From an uncultured Caldithrix sp. (lineage in GTDB: Bacteria > Calditrichota > Calditrichia > Calditrichales > Calditrichaceae), in the NCBI GenBank assembly GCA_964598255.1, contig CAZRBA010000096.1:2676-66675 (forward strand): a stretch of DNA of 64,000 nucleotides, read 5' to 3'. The notes beneath the pieces were generated by a model. That model worked only from the letters and a program-made list of their open reading frames with translations. It made no database searches and had not been told where the DNA came from. Shown in pieces: positions 1-9,556 of the stretch (position 1 is its first letter; each line of letters opens with the position of its first letter). A program made the translations under genes and the position numbers.

Positions 1-2
1 CT

Positions 3-575
3 TGTACATCGGAAATCGGTATGATAAAAATAATAGGGAGCGAGCGAATTCGCGGACATGTTCGCATTAAAGCGGTAATCGGTAGGCGTGCAAGCGAATA
101 TTTCGATGAATTACATCAAGTCAATTTGCTTTTACGGGAAAAATTGAATACGAATCATCTCCAATTTAATGACCGAATCGTGCAAATGCAGGAAGAGATC
201 GGTTATTTAAAGAAATTATCCAGGTTTTATGATAAGTATTTTATTCGCTATGAGAGTAGCCGATTGGCGACGGAAACTAAGGAAGATTTAATTGTAACCC
301 GATTGGACTACGGGGAACAATCCGATGCGGCGGAAATGGCTAAAACAATTAGTAGAGATTTCGGTAAAGTGGCCTTTGTGCAATTTGACCGTCGATTTTA
401 TTTGTCATCGCCGTCACAAAACATTTTGGATACGATTAAATTTTTTAAGGAACAGGCCGATGCTTTGGAAATTAAGGGAGGCGGCCCACAGGGTTTTTGT
501 CAAGGACTGATGCAGAAGAATAATTTACAAGAAATAGAGGCAGCACTTCGAAACTATATGGGAAAACGTGCGTAG
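3..575 (+). CDS. AlaX-like alanyl-tRNA editing protein with DHHA1 domain, 5'-truncated by the window edge
   Basis: Frame is open from base 3 (CTSEIGMIKI, like the TxEIG motif of AlaRS editing domains); C-terminal KGGG...QG DHHA1-type motif. Confidence 0.65.
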   Translation, partial: CTSEIGMIKIIGSERIRGHVRIKAVIGRRASEYFDELHQVNLLLREKLNTNHLQFNDRIVQMQEEIGYLKKLSRFYDKYFIRYESSRLATETKEDLIVTRLDYGEQSDAAEMAKTISRDFGKVAFVQFDRRFYLSSPSQNILDTIKFFKEQADALEIKGGGPQGFCQGLMQKNNLQEIEAALRNYMGKRA

Positions 576-762
576 ACAATGACAGGTGTTTTAATGATCC
601 AAATCGTTAAAACGATTTTTGCATTTTACTTGGGTTGCGCGCGTGCGTAAAAAACCGTTAAAACGGTTCGAATGCTTTCTTGGTTTCTTGTTAATAAATA
701 TTAAGGATCATTCTAATGGTTCGATGCGTTTTAATTTTGGACCAATTTCAGGAGAATTTATT

Positions 763-1311
763 ATGAGCGGAATTAAGGGGGTTGTTCTTTTAACGCGCTT
801 AAATTTTGTGGAGCATCATTTCGGTAAAGACGATTTGAAAAAATTTTTAGATAAACTGGATGTAGACAAAGACAGTCCTTTGTTTCAACCTGTCATGATT
901 TCCAAAGACTATCCCGAAAATTTATTGCAAGATATCGACAAGGTTTTACTTAAAGAATATTTTGACAATAACTTAAATAAATTTTTGGAATTAGGCGCAT
1001 GGAATGCGCGGCATATTATGCCTACCTATTTTCAAATTTATATCGACGAAAAAAATCCCGGTGGTTTTATCGAACAGGCAGCCCTGTTACGGCCGCATCT
1101 GATCGGATTGGGCGAAATGTTGGTAAGCGCTATTGAGCCGAATCAATATTTGGTGCGTATCAATTACGGGCAGCCCTATCCAGAAACCGCACGTTTAAGT
1201 GAGTTGGGCTTTTTGGAAGAAGGCGTACGATTGTGCGGCGCAAAAGAAGTAACATCCAAATTGGAAGAAAAAGAAGAGACATCCGTAGAATACCAACTCG
1301 AGTGGAAATAA
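763..1311 (+). CDS. DUF2378/TIGR02265-like protein (V4R/HNOB-like ligand-binding fold)
   Basis: ATG at 763 after a GGAG RBS at 751. Pattern IKGVVLL-RLNFV...YP...ELG..NA...GFLE-GVRLCGAK...YQLEW resembles this family. Confidence 0.5.
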   Translation: MSGIKGVVLLTRLNFVEHHFGKDDLKKFLDKLDVDKDSPLFQPVMISKDYPENLLQDIDKVLLKEYFDNNLNKFLELGAWNARHIMPTYFQIYIDEKNPGGFIEQAALLRPHLIGLGEMLVSAIEPNQYLVRINYGQPYPETARLSELGFLEEGVRLCGAKEVTSKLEEKEETSVEYQLEWK

Positions 1312-1314
1312 CCG

Positions 1315-1992
1315 ATGCATCCTCTTACTGTCATTAACGGCGACATCAAGGCTTCCCGCAAAATGCGGCGCATGGAGCGCTACGAATGGCAGTTATTTCT
1401 CAAATCGTCTATCGTTCAGCTTAACGAACAATATGAAAATGAAATCGATGTTCCGTTTATGATTACCAAAGGCGATGAATTTCAAGGTGTTCTAAAGCGG
1501 CTGGCCGACGTAAATAAAATTATTTGTAAATTCGAACAACTTACTTATCCCTTGCAGGTGCGTTTTGGCGTGGGATTCGGCAACATTCAAAAAATGGGGA
1601 GCCGTATCACCATCGAGATGGACGGGCCCGCTTTCCACCGGGCCTCCAAAGCGCTGGATATTGCCAAACAGAAAAAGCGTGTCGTTTGGTTCAATACCGC
1701 CGCGCAAGACTTTGATTTGACGATAAATACCATTTATCAACTGATTTTCGCCATTAAGAAAAAATGGAGTAAAATCAGTTTTAATCGTTATTGGAAATAT
1801 AAAGAATTCGGCACATACGAACGCGTTGCCCAAGCCGAAGGCGTAACACCACAAGCCGTGTGGGATTCTTTACGCAATGCACATGCCATCGATGTTATAG
1901 AAGCCGAACAAGTATTGGAAAAAATTTTTTCCAGACGCGATCAAGATATGCAACTGGTTAGTAATATCGATAAACTCGATTCATTGTTTTAA
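1315..1992 (+). CDS. SatD family protein with C-terminal HTH
   Basis: GDI..SR, GDEFQG, RFGVGFG and MDGPAFHRA motifs; HTH TYERVAQAEGVTPQAVWDSL. Overlaps the convergent gene by 35 bp. Confidence 0.8.
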   Translation: MHPLTVINGDIKASRKMRRMERYEWQLFLKSSIVQLNEQYENEIDVPFMITKGDEFQGVLKRLADVNKIICKFEQLTYPLQVRFGVGFGNIQKMGSRITIEMDGPAFHRASKALDIAKQKKRVVWFNTAAQDFDLTINTIYQLIFAIKKKWSKISFNRYWKYKEFGTYERVAQAEGVTPQAVWDSLRNAHAIDVIEAEQVLEKIFSRRDQDMQLVSNIDKLDSLF

Positions 1993-2767
1993 TACAATAA
2001 ATTAGTAAAATTAAAGCCAGCAAAACCAAAATCGGATTAACGTGGCCATGCCATTCGTACCAGTGAAAAAAAGGACTGTCCTCGTTTAAATTCACAAAAA
2101 TAACACCGATTAAATTATACGTTCCGTGAACAATTATTGACGGCCAAATAGAATTGGCCCGCCAGGCTACAAAACCGATAATGATGCCAACAATAAAAAT
2201 CTGAATTGCCCAATACGGATTTTCATGTACTAACGTCCAAGCAATTGAAGTAAGCAGAACAGCCCGCGTTACGTCTCCCTTATGTTCCAATGAAGTTTGT
2301 AAGAATCCGCGAAACAAAAATTCTTCGGAAAAAGCCGCGGCAAAGACCGCTCCTGTAATTATCGCAACCCATTCCAAAGGCGTTTGTGCTTTTAATGGTA
2401 GTAGCATTTGTTCCAGCCAATCCGGCGAGGGAATGATTATTTGTACCAAACGATCCAATTCGTCACCGACAACGGAAAGGGCAATGCCTGTTAACAAACC
2501 AAGCCAAACCATGGAAAAAGGAACCGCGTTAAGACGAAAAACTCGGCGAATGGCATAGCCCCTGACATAAGCATAAATGAGCGGTAGAATTAAAAACAGA
2601 AGGCCGCCGAAAATATAAATAAAACGCGCATGGTCCATTATTTCCACAGGGTTCTGAGCACCGCTTAAAGCGCCATAAACCATAATGAGCAAAATCAAAA
2701 AGGCAAAAGAAAACAACACTACAATGAGTGCTTCCAAAGGCTCGGGGTATTGTCTCTTGTTCCTCAT
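1958..2767 (-). CDS. CPBP (Abi/CAAX) intramembrane metalloprotease
   Basis: Multi-TM protein with EEFLFRG, WTLVH and HGTYN motifs. Confidence 0.9.
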   Translation of the reverse strand: MRNKRQYPEPLEALIVVLFSFAFLILLIMVYGALSGAQNPVEIMDHARFIYIFGGLLFLILPLIYAYVRGYAIRRVFRLNAVPFSMVWLGLLTGIALSVVGDELDRLVQIIIPSPDWLEQMLLPLKAQTPLEWVAIITGAVFAAAFSEEFLFRGFLQTSLEHKGDVTRAVLLTSIAWTLVHENPYWAIQIFIVGIIIGFVAWRANSIWPSIIVHGTYNLIGVIFVNLNEDSPFFHWYEWHGHVNPILVLLALILLIYCIKTMNRVYRYY

Positions 2768-2779
2768 AGTGAACCCTTT

Positions 2780-3574
2780 TTAGTGAATGTTCCGTTGCGG
2801 AGGCAAAGCTGTAAACTGGTACAAAACCAATGAAACGGCAATGGCCAAATTTAAAGATTCGCCATGGCCAAATTTTGGGATCGAAAGCTTAATATCACAC
2901 ATTTCGATCATGCGGGATGACAAACCGTGCGCTTCGGAACCAAAGATAAGAATATATTTGCCCTTAGCCTCCGGTTTGAATTCGGGAAGTGCTTGCCCCT
3001 TGCGAACCGTTGTGCCGACCAAAGAATAACCTTCTTTTACCTGCATTTGTTCCAGCGTTTCCGCAGAAACATTTTGCAGAATTTTTACCTGCGTAATAGC
3101 TCCGGCACTGGCACGAACCGCCTTAGGCTGGTAGGGATCTAAAGCATGGCTTCCCAACAAGACGGTCTGCCAGCCAAACCAAGCAGCCGTGCGTAAAATG
3201 GTACCGAAATTTCCCGGATCGCTGATATTCTGCAAAAAAATCATGCGTGCGGATAAAACATTTTGCTGCAATGAAATTTGAGGTAAGCGCGCAACCAGAG
3301 CCACACCTTGCGGCGTTTGCTCATCGCTAATGTAGGCAAATTCCGATCGGGTTAAGGTGTAAACTGGTAAATTACCAAAGGTCGGAAAACGATTTAACAG
3401 TGCGGTTTGATGTTTTTCGACCAGCAAATACAAAAATTCAAAATTGCGGTTTTCCAAAGCCAGGCTAACCGCTCTGAATCCGCTAATGACAAATTGCCCG
3501 TAGGCGCGTCGGAATTTTTTTTGCCGCAATTGACGGATTTGTTTCAACAGTTTTTTGGAAATCGGCCGGATCAT
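2780..3574 (-). CDS. TrmH/SpoU family RNA methyltransferase
   Basis: DPGNFGTILRTA, FGSEAHG and ESLNLAIA SPOUT motifs. Start placed at ATG 3574, which overlaps the upstream stop (TGATG). Confidence 0.9.
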   Translation of the reverse strand: MIRPISKKLLKQIRQLRQKKFRRAYGQFVISGFRAVSLALENRNFEFLYLLVEKHQTALLNRFPTFGNLPVYTLTRSEFAYISDEQTPQGVALVARLPQISLQQNVLSARMIFLQNISDPGNFGTILRTAAWFGWQTVLLGSHALDPYQPKAVRASAGAITQVKILQNVSAETLEQMQVKEGYSLVGTTVRKGQALPEFKPEAKGKYILIFGSEAHGLSSRMIEMCDIKLSIPKFGHGESLNLAIAVSLVLYQFTALPPQRNIH

Positions 3575-5424
3575 CACTCTTTGTTTTCCGCGGTAAACAA
3601 ACTCTCTTTGGAATACATGCGCCAAATATCTTCGCGGGCAACCATGCCAATGTAGCGCATTGTTTCCGGCGACTCGACAACCGGCAACAGATCGGAATCG
3701 TCAATTTCCATTTTTTGTAACGCTTCTTCCAAGGTATTGTTCTTATCTAACACAAACACATTTTCGGTCATAATATCCGTGGCCAGTAAAAGCGGCGCCA
3801 CGCTACGGTCAAACAAAACCGGACGTAATTCACGCAGTGAAATGGTGCCGCGAACCCGATTGTTTTTGTCCAGCACCGGAAAGGTCGTGTAATGCGATTT
3901 CATGAAAATATTCAAAATTTCCTCGAACGGCGTATATTCATAAATAATCGGCACATCCGTTAAAATAAGATTGGTGATTTTATGCGCCTTGAGAATTTCG
4001 ATGTTTTTGCCCCCGGCCGTTTTGCTGGAAAAAGTGGAAATTTTCATGGTGTAAATAGATTCTTCTTCCAATGCTTTGGCTACGATGACCGCGGCCACCG
4101 TACCCAGCATTAAGGGCAAGATGATGCGATAATCCCCCGTGACTTCAAAGATCATAATCAAGGCCGTCAAAGGTGCGTGAATCGTGCCGGAAATAATAAC
4201 AGCCATGCCCACCAAAGCATACGCGCCTGGCGGAGCGGTAAGTCCGGGCATAACTTTGTTGGCAATATTACCGAAAAGTGCTCCGAACATGGCGCCGATA
4301 AACAGAGATGGCGTAAACAAGCCGCCGGTTCCGCCAGAGCCTAAAGTGAATGAGGTAGCCAGAATTTTGGCGGCAACCAATACGGCCAGAATGGAAATTT
4401 CGGTTCTGCCGATCAGAGCCGTATGGGTAGCGGAATCGTCAAAGCCGTACAATTCCGGAAATTTAAAGGCAATAATGCCCGTAATCAGTCCGCCGATGGC
4501 CGGTTTAACCCAAGGTTTCAGATTGATTTTTGTCTCAAAGATGTCTTCGATGCCGTACAGCGTTTTAATAAACACAACAGCCAAAACACCACCGGCCAAT
4601 CCCATCAGCAAATACAGGGGGTATTCGGCCGGGCTTTGCAGAGAATATTCGGGGATTTGGAAAATGGGGCTTGAGCCGATTAAAGCCCGGGAAACTGCCG
4701 TGGCGATAACCGAGGCTACTACCATAGGCGCAAAAAAGCCCAAACTGTAATCGCCCATAATAATTTCGATGGCAAAAAGACTGCCGCCGATAGGAGCGTT
4801 AAATACGGCAGCCAGGCCAGCACCAGCACCGCAGCCTACCAATGTTTTTAAGCGTCGCTGCGAAACATGAAACATCTGACCGATACTGGAACCAATGGCC
4901 GCTCCTATTTGCACGATGGGACCTTCCTTACCGGCCGAACCACCGGAACCGATGGTTGTACCAGAGTTAATGGAAGTTAAAATAGCCACGCGTTTGCGAA
5001 TGTAACCGCCTTTGTTGGCTACCGCATCCATTACGCTGGGTATTCCGTGTCCCTTAACCTCCGGTGACAGATAGAAGGCCAACAATCCGACCACAATTCC
5101 GCCGATTGCCGGATACAAAATGCGCATGTAATCGGCAACGGCAGCGTTAAACACATGAAAACCGGCCTGTTCGAACAAAACAAAATGCACGCCGTCGATA
5201 ATGATATTCAACAAATAAGCACCCAAGCCCGTAAATAAACCGACAAGGCTGGCCAATAAAAGCAGATACAAATCGGTGGGGGCGTTAATTTTGTATAACG
5301 CACGCAAACCCTTAATTTGCCATTTGCGAAATAATTGACGCCAGCCAATGGAATGGGGCTGAACGCTTTTTGACGTCTCGTAAGAACCGGAAAGCGAATT
5401 TTTTTTATTTGTATTGGTTGCCAT
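3574..5424 (-). CDS. ClC chloride channel/transporter with two C-terminal CBS domains
   Basis: GHGIP, GKEGP, GLFTP and FNAPIGG motifs; CBS pair (FPVLD, LPVV). Confidence 0.92.
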   Translation of the reverse strand: MATNTNKKNSLSGSYETSKSVQPHSIGWRQLFRKWQIKGLRALYKINAPTDLYLLLLASLVGLFTGLGAYLLNIIIDGVHFVLFEQAGFHVFNAAVADYMRILYPAIGGIVVGLLAFYLSPEVKGHGIPSVMDAVANKGGYIRKRVAILTSINSGTTIGSGGSAGKEGPIVQIGAAIGSSIGQMFHVSQRRLKTLVGCGAGAGLAAVFNAPIGGSLFAIEIIMGDYSLGFFAPMVVASVIATAVSRALIGSSPIFQIPEYSLQSPAEYPLYLLMGLAGGVLAVVFIKTLYGIEDIFETKINLKPWVKPAIGGLITGIIAFKFPELYGFDDSATHTALIGRTEISILAVLVAAKILATSFTLGSGGTGGLFTPSLFIGAMFGALFGNIANKVMPGLTAPPGAYALVGMAVIISGTIHAPLTALIMIFEVTGDYRIILPLMLGTVAAVIVAKALEEESIYTMKISTFSSKTAGGKNIEILKAHKITNLILTDVPIIYEYTPFEEILNIFMKSHYTTFPVLDKNNRVRGTISLRELRPVLFDRSVAPLLLATDIMTENVFVLDKNNTLEEALQKMEIDDSDLLPVVESPETMRYIGMVAREDIWRMYSKESLFTAENKE

Positions 5425-5562
5425 TTTTTACCACAACTTTTTTATGCTCGACCCTTCCGTTCAAAAACCCTTTACTCTCGGGTTTTCGGAAGCAGAATAA
5501 CGATTGTAAACTTTTTTAATGTTATTAATTGTCCAAACAGAAAAGTTTGTATATTTATTGGT

Positions 5563-6822
5563 TTATTTTGACTCATTTGCCAGAAACTCCAACACGGAGT
5601 CAAAGGAAATATTAATTTGTTGGCCTTTGTCCATGATTTTTACGGAAAATTCCTTTTTTTCGAGTTCATTTTCACCGAGAATAAGTACAAAACGTGATTT
5701 TTGGCGATTGGCCTCACGCATTTGTGCCTTAACACTGCGGCCTAAAAAATCCGTTTCGGCCGATAATCCCAGAGCACGAATTTTATGTAACCAGACCATA
5801 CTTTCTTTGCGGGCCTTATCGCCCAATGGGGCTAAAAATACATCGAGCCTTGCTTTTTCCGCCAGCACAATGCCTTGCTGTTCCATTACCATTAGCAGTC
5901 GTTCCATCCCTGCGGCAAATCCCACGGCCGGAGTATCCGGCCCGTCCAATTCGTTAGCTAACAAATCATAACGCCCGCCGCCGCAAATAGCGTTTTGCGC
6001 GCCCAAAGCATCGCTGGTTATTTCGAACACGGTACGCGTGTAATAGTCAAGCCCGCGCACCAAATAAGGGTCTTCCACAAAAGGGATATTCAGACGTACC
6101 AATCGATCTTTAACCGATTGGTAATGTGCATGGCAGGCATTACATAAATTGTCCGCAAGTTTAGGGGCGTTTTGGTTTAATGCCATACAGGTCGGATTTT
6201 TACAATCCAAAATGCGCAAGGGGTTGTTATCAAAACGCCGCTGGCAGTCCGGGCAATATTTAGCCAAATTCGGACGGATGTAATCCTGTAATTTGGTTTT
6301 GTAATCGGCGCGGCAAGTGGGGTCGCCAACGGAATTCAGGCGAAGGGTTAGCTTGGTTAAACCGATTTCTTTGAAAATCGCCCAAGCCAAATCGATCATT
6401 TCGGCATCTGCATTCGGATCGGGTGTGCCCAATGTCTCCGCACCGAACTGGTGAAATTGGCGTAAGCGTCCGGCTTGCGGATTTTCTTGCCGGAACAAGG
6501 GGGCAATATAAAATAATTTATTTAACGGTGCCTTGGCATACAATTTGTTTTCGATGTAAGCGCGCATAATGGGTGCGGTCATTTCGGGTTTCAAGGTTAA
6601 TTGTTTTTTACCGCGATCGAGAAAGGTGTACATTTCTTTGGAAACAATATCAGTCAGTTGGCCGATACCGCGCGCGAACAATTGGGTTTGCTCAAAAATA
6701 GGCGTGCGTAATTCATGAAAATTATAACGCGCCATTAAGTTGCGGATCAAGCCTTCCAAAGCAACCCAACGCGGCGTTTCATCGGGTAAAATATCCTGCG
6801 TACCTTTTATCCGTCTGATCAT
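5563..6822 (-). CDS. hisS: Histidine--tRNA ligase
   Basis: KGTQD, LKPEMTA, GRLRQFHQ, RGLDYY and GGGRYD motifs. Confidence 0.98.
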   Translation of the reverse strand: MIRRIKGTQDILPDETPRWVALEGLIRNLMARYNFHELRTPIFEQTQLFARGIGQLTDIVSKEMYTFLDRGKKQLTLKPEMTAPIMRAYIENKLYAKAPLNKLFYIAPLFRQENPQAGRLRQFHQFGAETLGTPDPNADAEMIDLAWAIFKEIGLTKLTLRLNSVGDPTCRADYKTKLQDYIRPNLAKYCPDCQRRFDNNPLRILDCKNPTCMALNQNAPKLADNLCNACHAHYQSVKDRLVRLNIPFVEDPYLVRGLDYYTRTVFEITSDALGAQNAICGGGRYDLLANELDGPDTPAVGFAAGMERLLMVMEQQGIVLAEKARLDVFLAPLGDKARKESMVWLHKIRALGLSAETDFLGRSVKAQMREANRQKSRFVLILGENELEKKEFSVKIMDKGQQINISFDSVLEFLANESK

Positions 6823-7259
6823 TTTAGAGATCCTGTTATCCTAAAATTTTTAAAGTTAATGAAACGGCTAAAGTTAATACAAAATGCTTATGTAAACAAC
6901 AGAGAATGAGGCCAGCGGTAAAAAATTCGCATAATATTTTGCCATAAAATGGCGTTTTTACGCAAAATCGGACTAAAAACAGCAAAAACCAATTGGAGCA
7001 ACGCAGGAAATTTTGCCAGTAAAACGGAAGCCCTCCTAAAAGACGAAACAAAATCGTACTGTTTCGGCAGGAATACCCCAAAGGCAAACTAAATTTTTAA
7101 GCGCACATGCCGAATGGGAAAATATATTGCAACTTTTTCGCAAAAGGATCATTTAACTGCTTGGATAAAATAAAATTTTTACTTGCGTTCATTCGTTTAA
7201 TATCTTAATACGACGAACAACGTATGTATTAAACTTTAATAACTTTTAAGGATTTTTTC

Positions 7260-9287
7260 ATGAAAAGACGCATTTCCTTTATTCTGCTTTTTGTGTTAAT
7301 TGCGGTTTCGGCATTTACATTACAGGCCATCGATAAACCGGCCGAGGGCAAATCATTGCCTGTTTTGGAGCCGCTGCCCATTCATCCGCGCGTAGAGCAA
7401 GCCATTGCTTTCTTTTTACCGCGCATGCATTACAAGCACCAACAACTGGACGACAAACTTTCGGCGGAAATGCTGAATTTTTACATCGATCTACTGGATA
7501 ACCAGCATTTGTATTTTTTGAAATCGGACATCGATTTGTTTAACAATTACAAATATACGCTGGACGATGCCCTTAGAAACGGAGATTTACGCGCCGCCTA
7601 TTTTATGTTTAATCTTTTTATGAAACGTTTTCAGGAACGCATGGATTTTATTCAGCGGGCTTTTGACAAACCGTTTAATTTTAATAAAAACGATTCCTTG
7701 GTAGCCGATCGTAAAAATGCTCCTTGGGCTACTACGTCCGCGGAGTTGGATAGCCTTTGGAAAAAACGTTTGAAAAACGAAGCCCTCTCATTGAAATTGG
7801 CCGGGAAAAAGTGGAAGGACATTGTAAAGCGCTTAAAAAAACGCTACCGCAATATGGATAAAAACATGATGAAGACGGAAAGTGAAGATGTTTTTCAGAT
7901 TTTTATGAATTCTTTTGCCGAAACGTTTGATCCGCATACCAATTACATGTCTCCGAAAACCAGTGATGATTTTAAGATTCGCATGAGCCTTTCGCTGGAA
8001 GGAATCGGCGCTACATTGCAAACCGAAGATGATTATACCAAAGTGGTAAGTATTGTGCCTGGCGGCCCGGCCGATAAAAGCGGTTTGTTGCACCCCAACG
8101 ATCGCATTGTGGCAGTGGGGCAGGGCGATAAAGGCGAAATGGTGGATATTATCGGTTGGCGCATTGACGATGTGGTGCAGCTTATTCGCGGTAAAAAAGG
8201 CACAAAAGTACGCCTGCAAATTATCCCGGCCGACGCCTCGCTTTCCGATCCACCTAAAACCATCACTATTGTGCGCGATAAAATCAAACTCTCCGATCGG
8301 GCGGCCAAAAGCGACACATTGGAAATTACCCATGATGGCCATAAATTTAAAATTGGGGTTATTGACGTACCCGATTTTTATCTGGATTATGATGCTCTGC
8401 GTAAAGGGTTACCCGATTATGCCAGTACTTCCCGCGATGTAGCCCGTTTGCTCAAACAATTGGAAAATGCCGGTGTGGACGGTATAATTATCGATTTGCG
8501 GCGTAACGGCGGCGGCTTTTTAAGCGAAGCGGTTGATATGACAGGACTGTTCATTAAAGAAGGACCTGTGGTGCAAGTGCGCGATAGCCGTGGCCGAGTA
8601 AAAGTAGAGCGGGATGAAGATCCGAAAATTATTTACAAAGGCCCGTTAGCCGTATTGGTGGATCGGTTTAGTGCCTCGGCTTCGGAGATTTTTACAGCCG
8701 CTATTAAGGATTATCGTCGGGGGATTATTGTCGGCTCGCAAACATTTGGCAAGGGAACCGTACAAAATATTATGCCATTGTCGCGCATGTTTCCGCACAC
8801 CAAACAAAAACTGGGTCAAATTAAATTTACCATCGCCAAATTTTATCGTGTTAACGGCGGTAGCACGCAATTAAAAGGGGTAATGCCCGATATTGCCATT
8901 CCTTCGCGTTTTGACGTGTTGGATGTGGGCGAAAGCAGCGAAAAAAACGCATTGGCCTGGGATGAGATTGAACCGGTTTCTTACCGAATTTTTGACCCCC
9001 AATTGCCTGCGGAAATTCCGAAACTTAAGGCGCTGCACGAAAAACGCATGGCCGGTAATCCGGAATACAAGCTAATTTTAAAGGAAATAGCCGAAATAAA
9101 AAAAGAACGTGAAAAAAACAGGATCTCATTAAATTTAGCTGTGCGTAAAAAAATGCGCGAAGAACGCGAAAATCGTAAAAAAGAGTTGCAAAAATTGCAC
9201 AAGCAAAACGGACAGAAAAAAAACGAAGATTTTTATGTGCTTGAAACGGCTCATATTTTGGGAGATTACATTCTTTCCGGGAAATAG
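7260..9287 (+). CDS. prc: Carboxy-terminal processing (tail-specific) protease, S41 family with PDZ domain
   Basis: Signal peptide; DPHTNY, LEGIGA PDZ loop, DLRRNGGG, SASASE and TFGKGTVQ. Confidence 0.93.
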   Translation: MKRRISFILLFVLIAVSAFTLQAIDKPAEGKSLPVLEPLPIHPRVEQAIAFFLPRMHYKHQQLDDKLSAEMLNFYIDLLDNQHLYFLKSDIDLFNNYKYTLDDALRNGDLRAAYFMFNLFMKRFQERMDFIQRAFDKPFNFNKNDSLVADRKNAPWATTSAELDSLWKKRLKNEALSLKLAGKKWKDIVKRLKKRYRNMDKNMMKTESEDVFQIFMNSFAETFDPHTNYMSPKTSDDFKIRMSLSLEGIGATLQTEDDYTKVVSIVPGGPADKSGLLHPNDRIVAVGQGDKGEMVDIIGWRIDDVVQLIRGKKGTKVRLQIIPADASLSDPPKTITIVRDKIKLSDRAAKSDTLEITHDGHKFKIGVIDVPDFYLDYDALRKGLPDYASTSRDVARLLKQLENAGVDGIIIDLRRNGGGFLSEAVDMTGLFIKEGPVVQVRDSRGRVKVERDEDPKIIYKGPLAVLVDRFSASASEIFTAAIKDYRRGIIVGSQTFGKGTVQNIMPLSRMFPHTKQKLGQIKFTIAKFYRVNGGSTQLKGVMPDIAIPSRFDVLDVGESSEKNALAWDEIEPVSYRIFDPQLPAEIPKLKALHEKRMAGNPEYKLILKEIAEIKKEREKNRISLNLAVRKKMREERENRKKELQKLHKQNGQKKNEDFYVLETAHILGDYILSGK

Positions 9288-9556
9288 GGGCTGTACATCT
9301 GCGGTTGGCAAAAACGTTGCCGTGTTCGCGTTAAAATTAAGGTAACGCAAATAGAAATGCCTGCCGGAACCCAATGGCGCTCTGGCAGGCAATGTGCTTT
9401 ATCAAAAACAAAAAAGCTTCATTAAAACGTTCTCGCAAAAATTTTATGAAATGCCGTCTTTATCTCTAAGTCCTTAATTTGCTTTTACCTGTTAATTCAA
9501 GTAAATTACATGGTTTTAAATTATTTGATGCTGATTTTGAAGGAGGTTTATTCAGA

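Noticed and set aside
619-762. N-terminal extensions given by the ORF track here and for tig, lon, trmH, DUF362, the TPR lipoprotein, aroK, the flippase, lpxK, tilS and the PorU-like gene
   Set aside because: Downstream starts fit RBS position, signal peptides or family N-termini better, and the extensions overlap neighbouring features.
5424-5563. Fluoride or c-di-AMP riboswitch upstream of the ClC gene
   Set aside because: A hairpin is present, but the conserved crcB and ydaO consensus nucleotides were not found by eye.
6823-7259. Long hisS/prc intergenic region as an ncRNA, a c-di-GMP-I riboswitch (AAAGGCAAAC near 7080) or the 83-aa ORF
   Set aside because: The GAAA tetraloop stem and GGGACGCAAAGC segment are missing; the ORF lacks an RBS and protein-like composition. 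Best read as divergent promoters.
9358-9391. Hairpin TGCCTGCCGGA...TCTGGCAGGCA after prc as a REP/MITE
   Set aside because: Only one copy seen in the window and no strong T tract; probably a transcript 3' stem.
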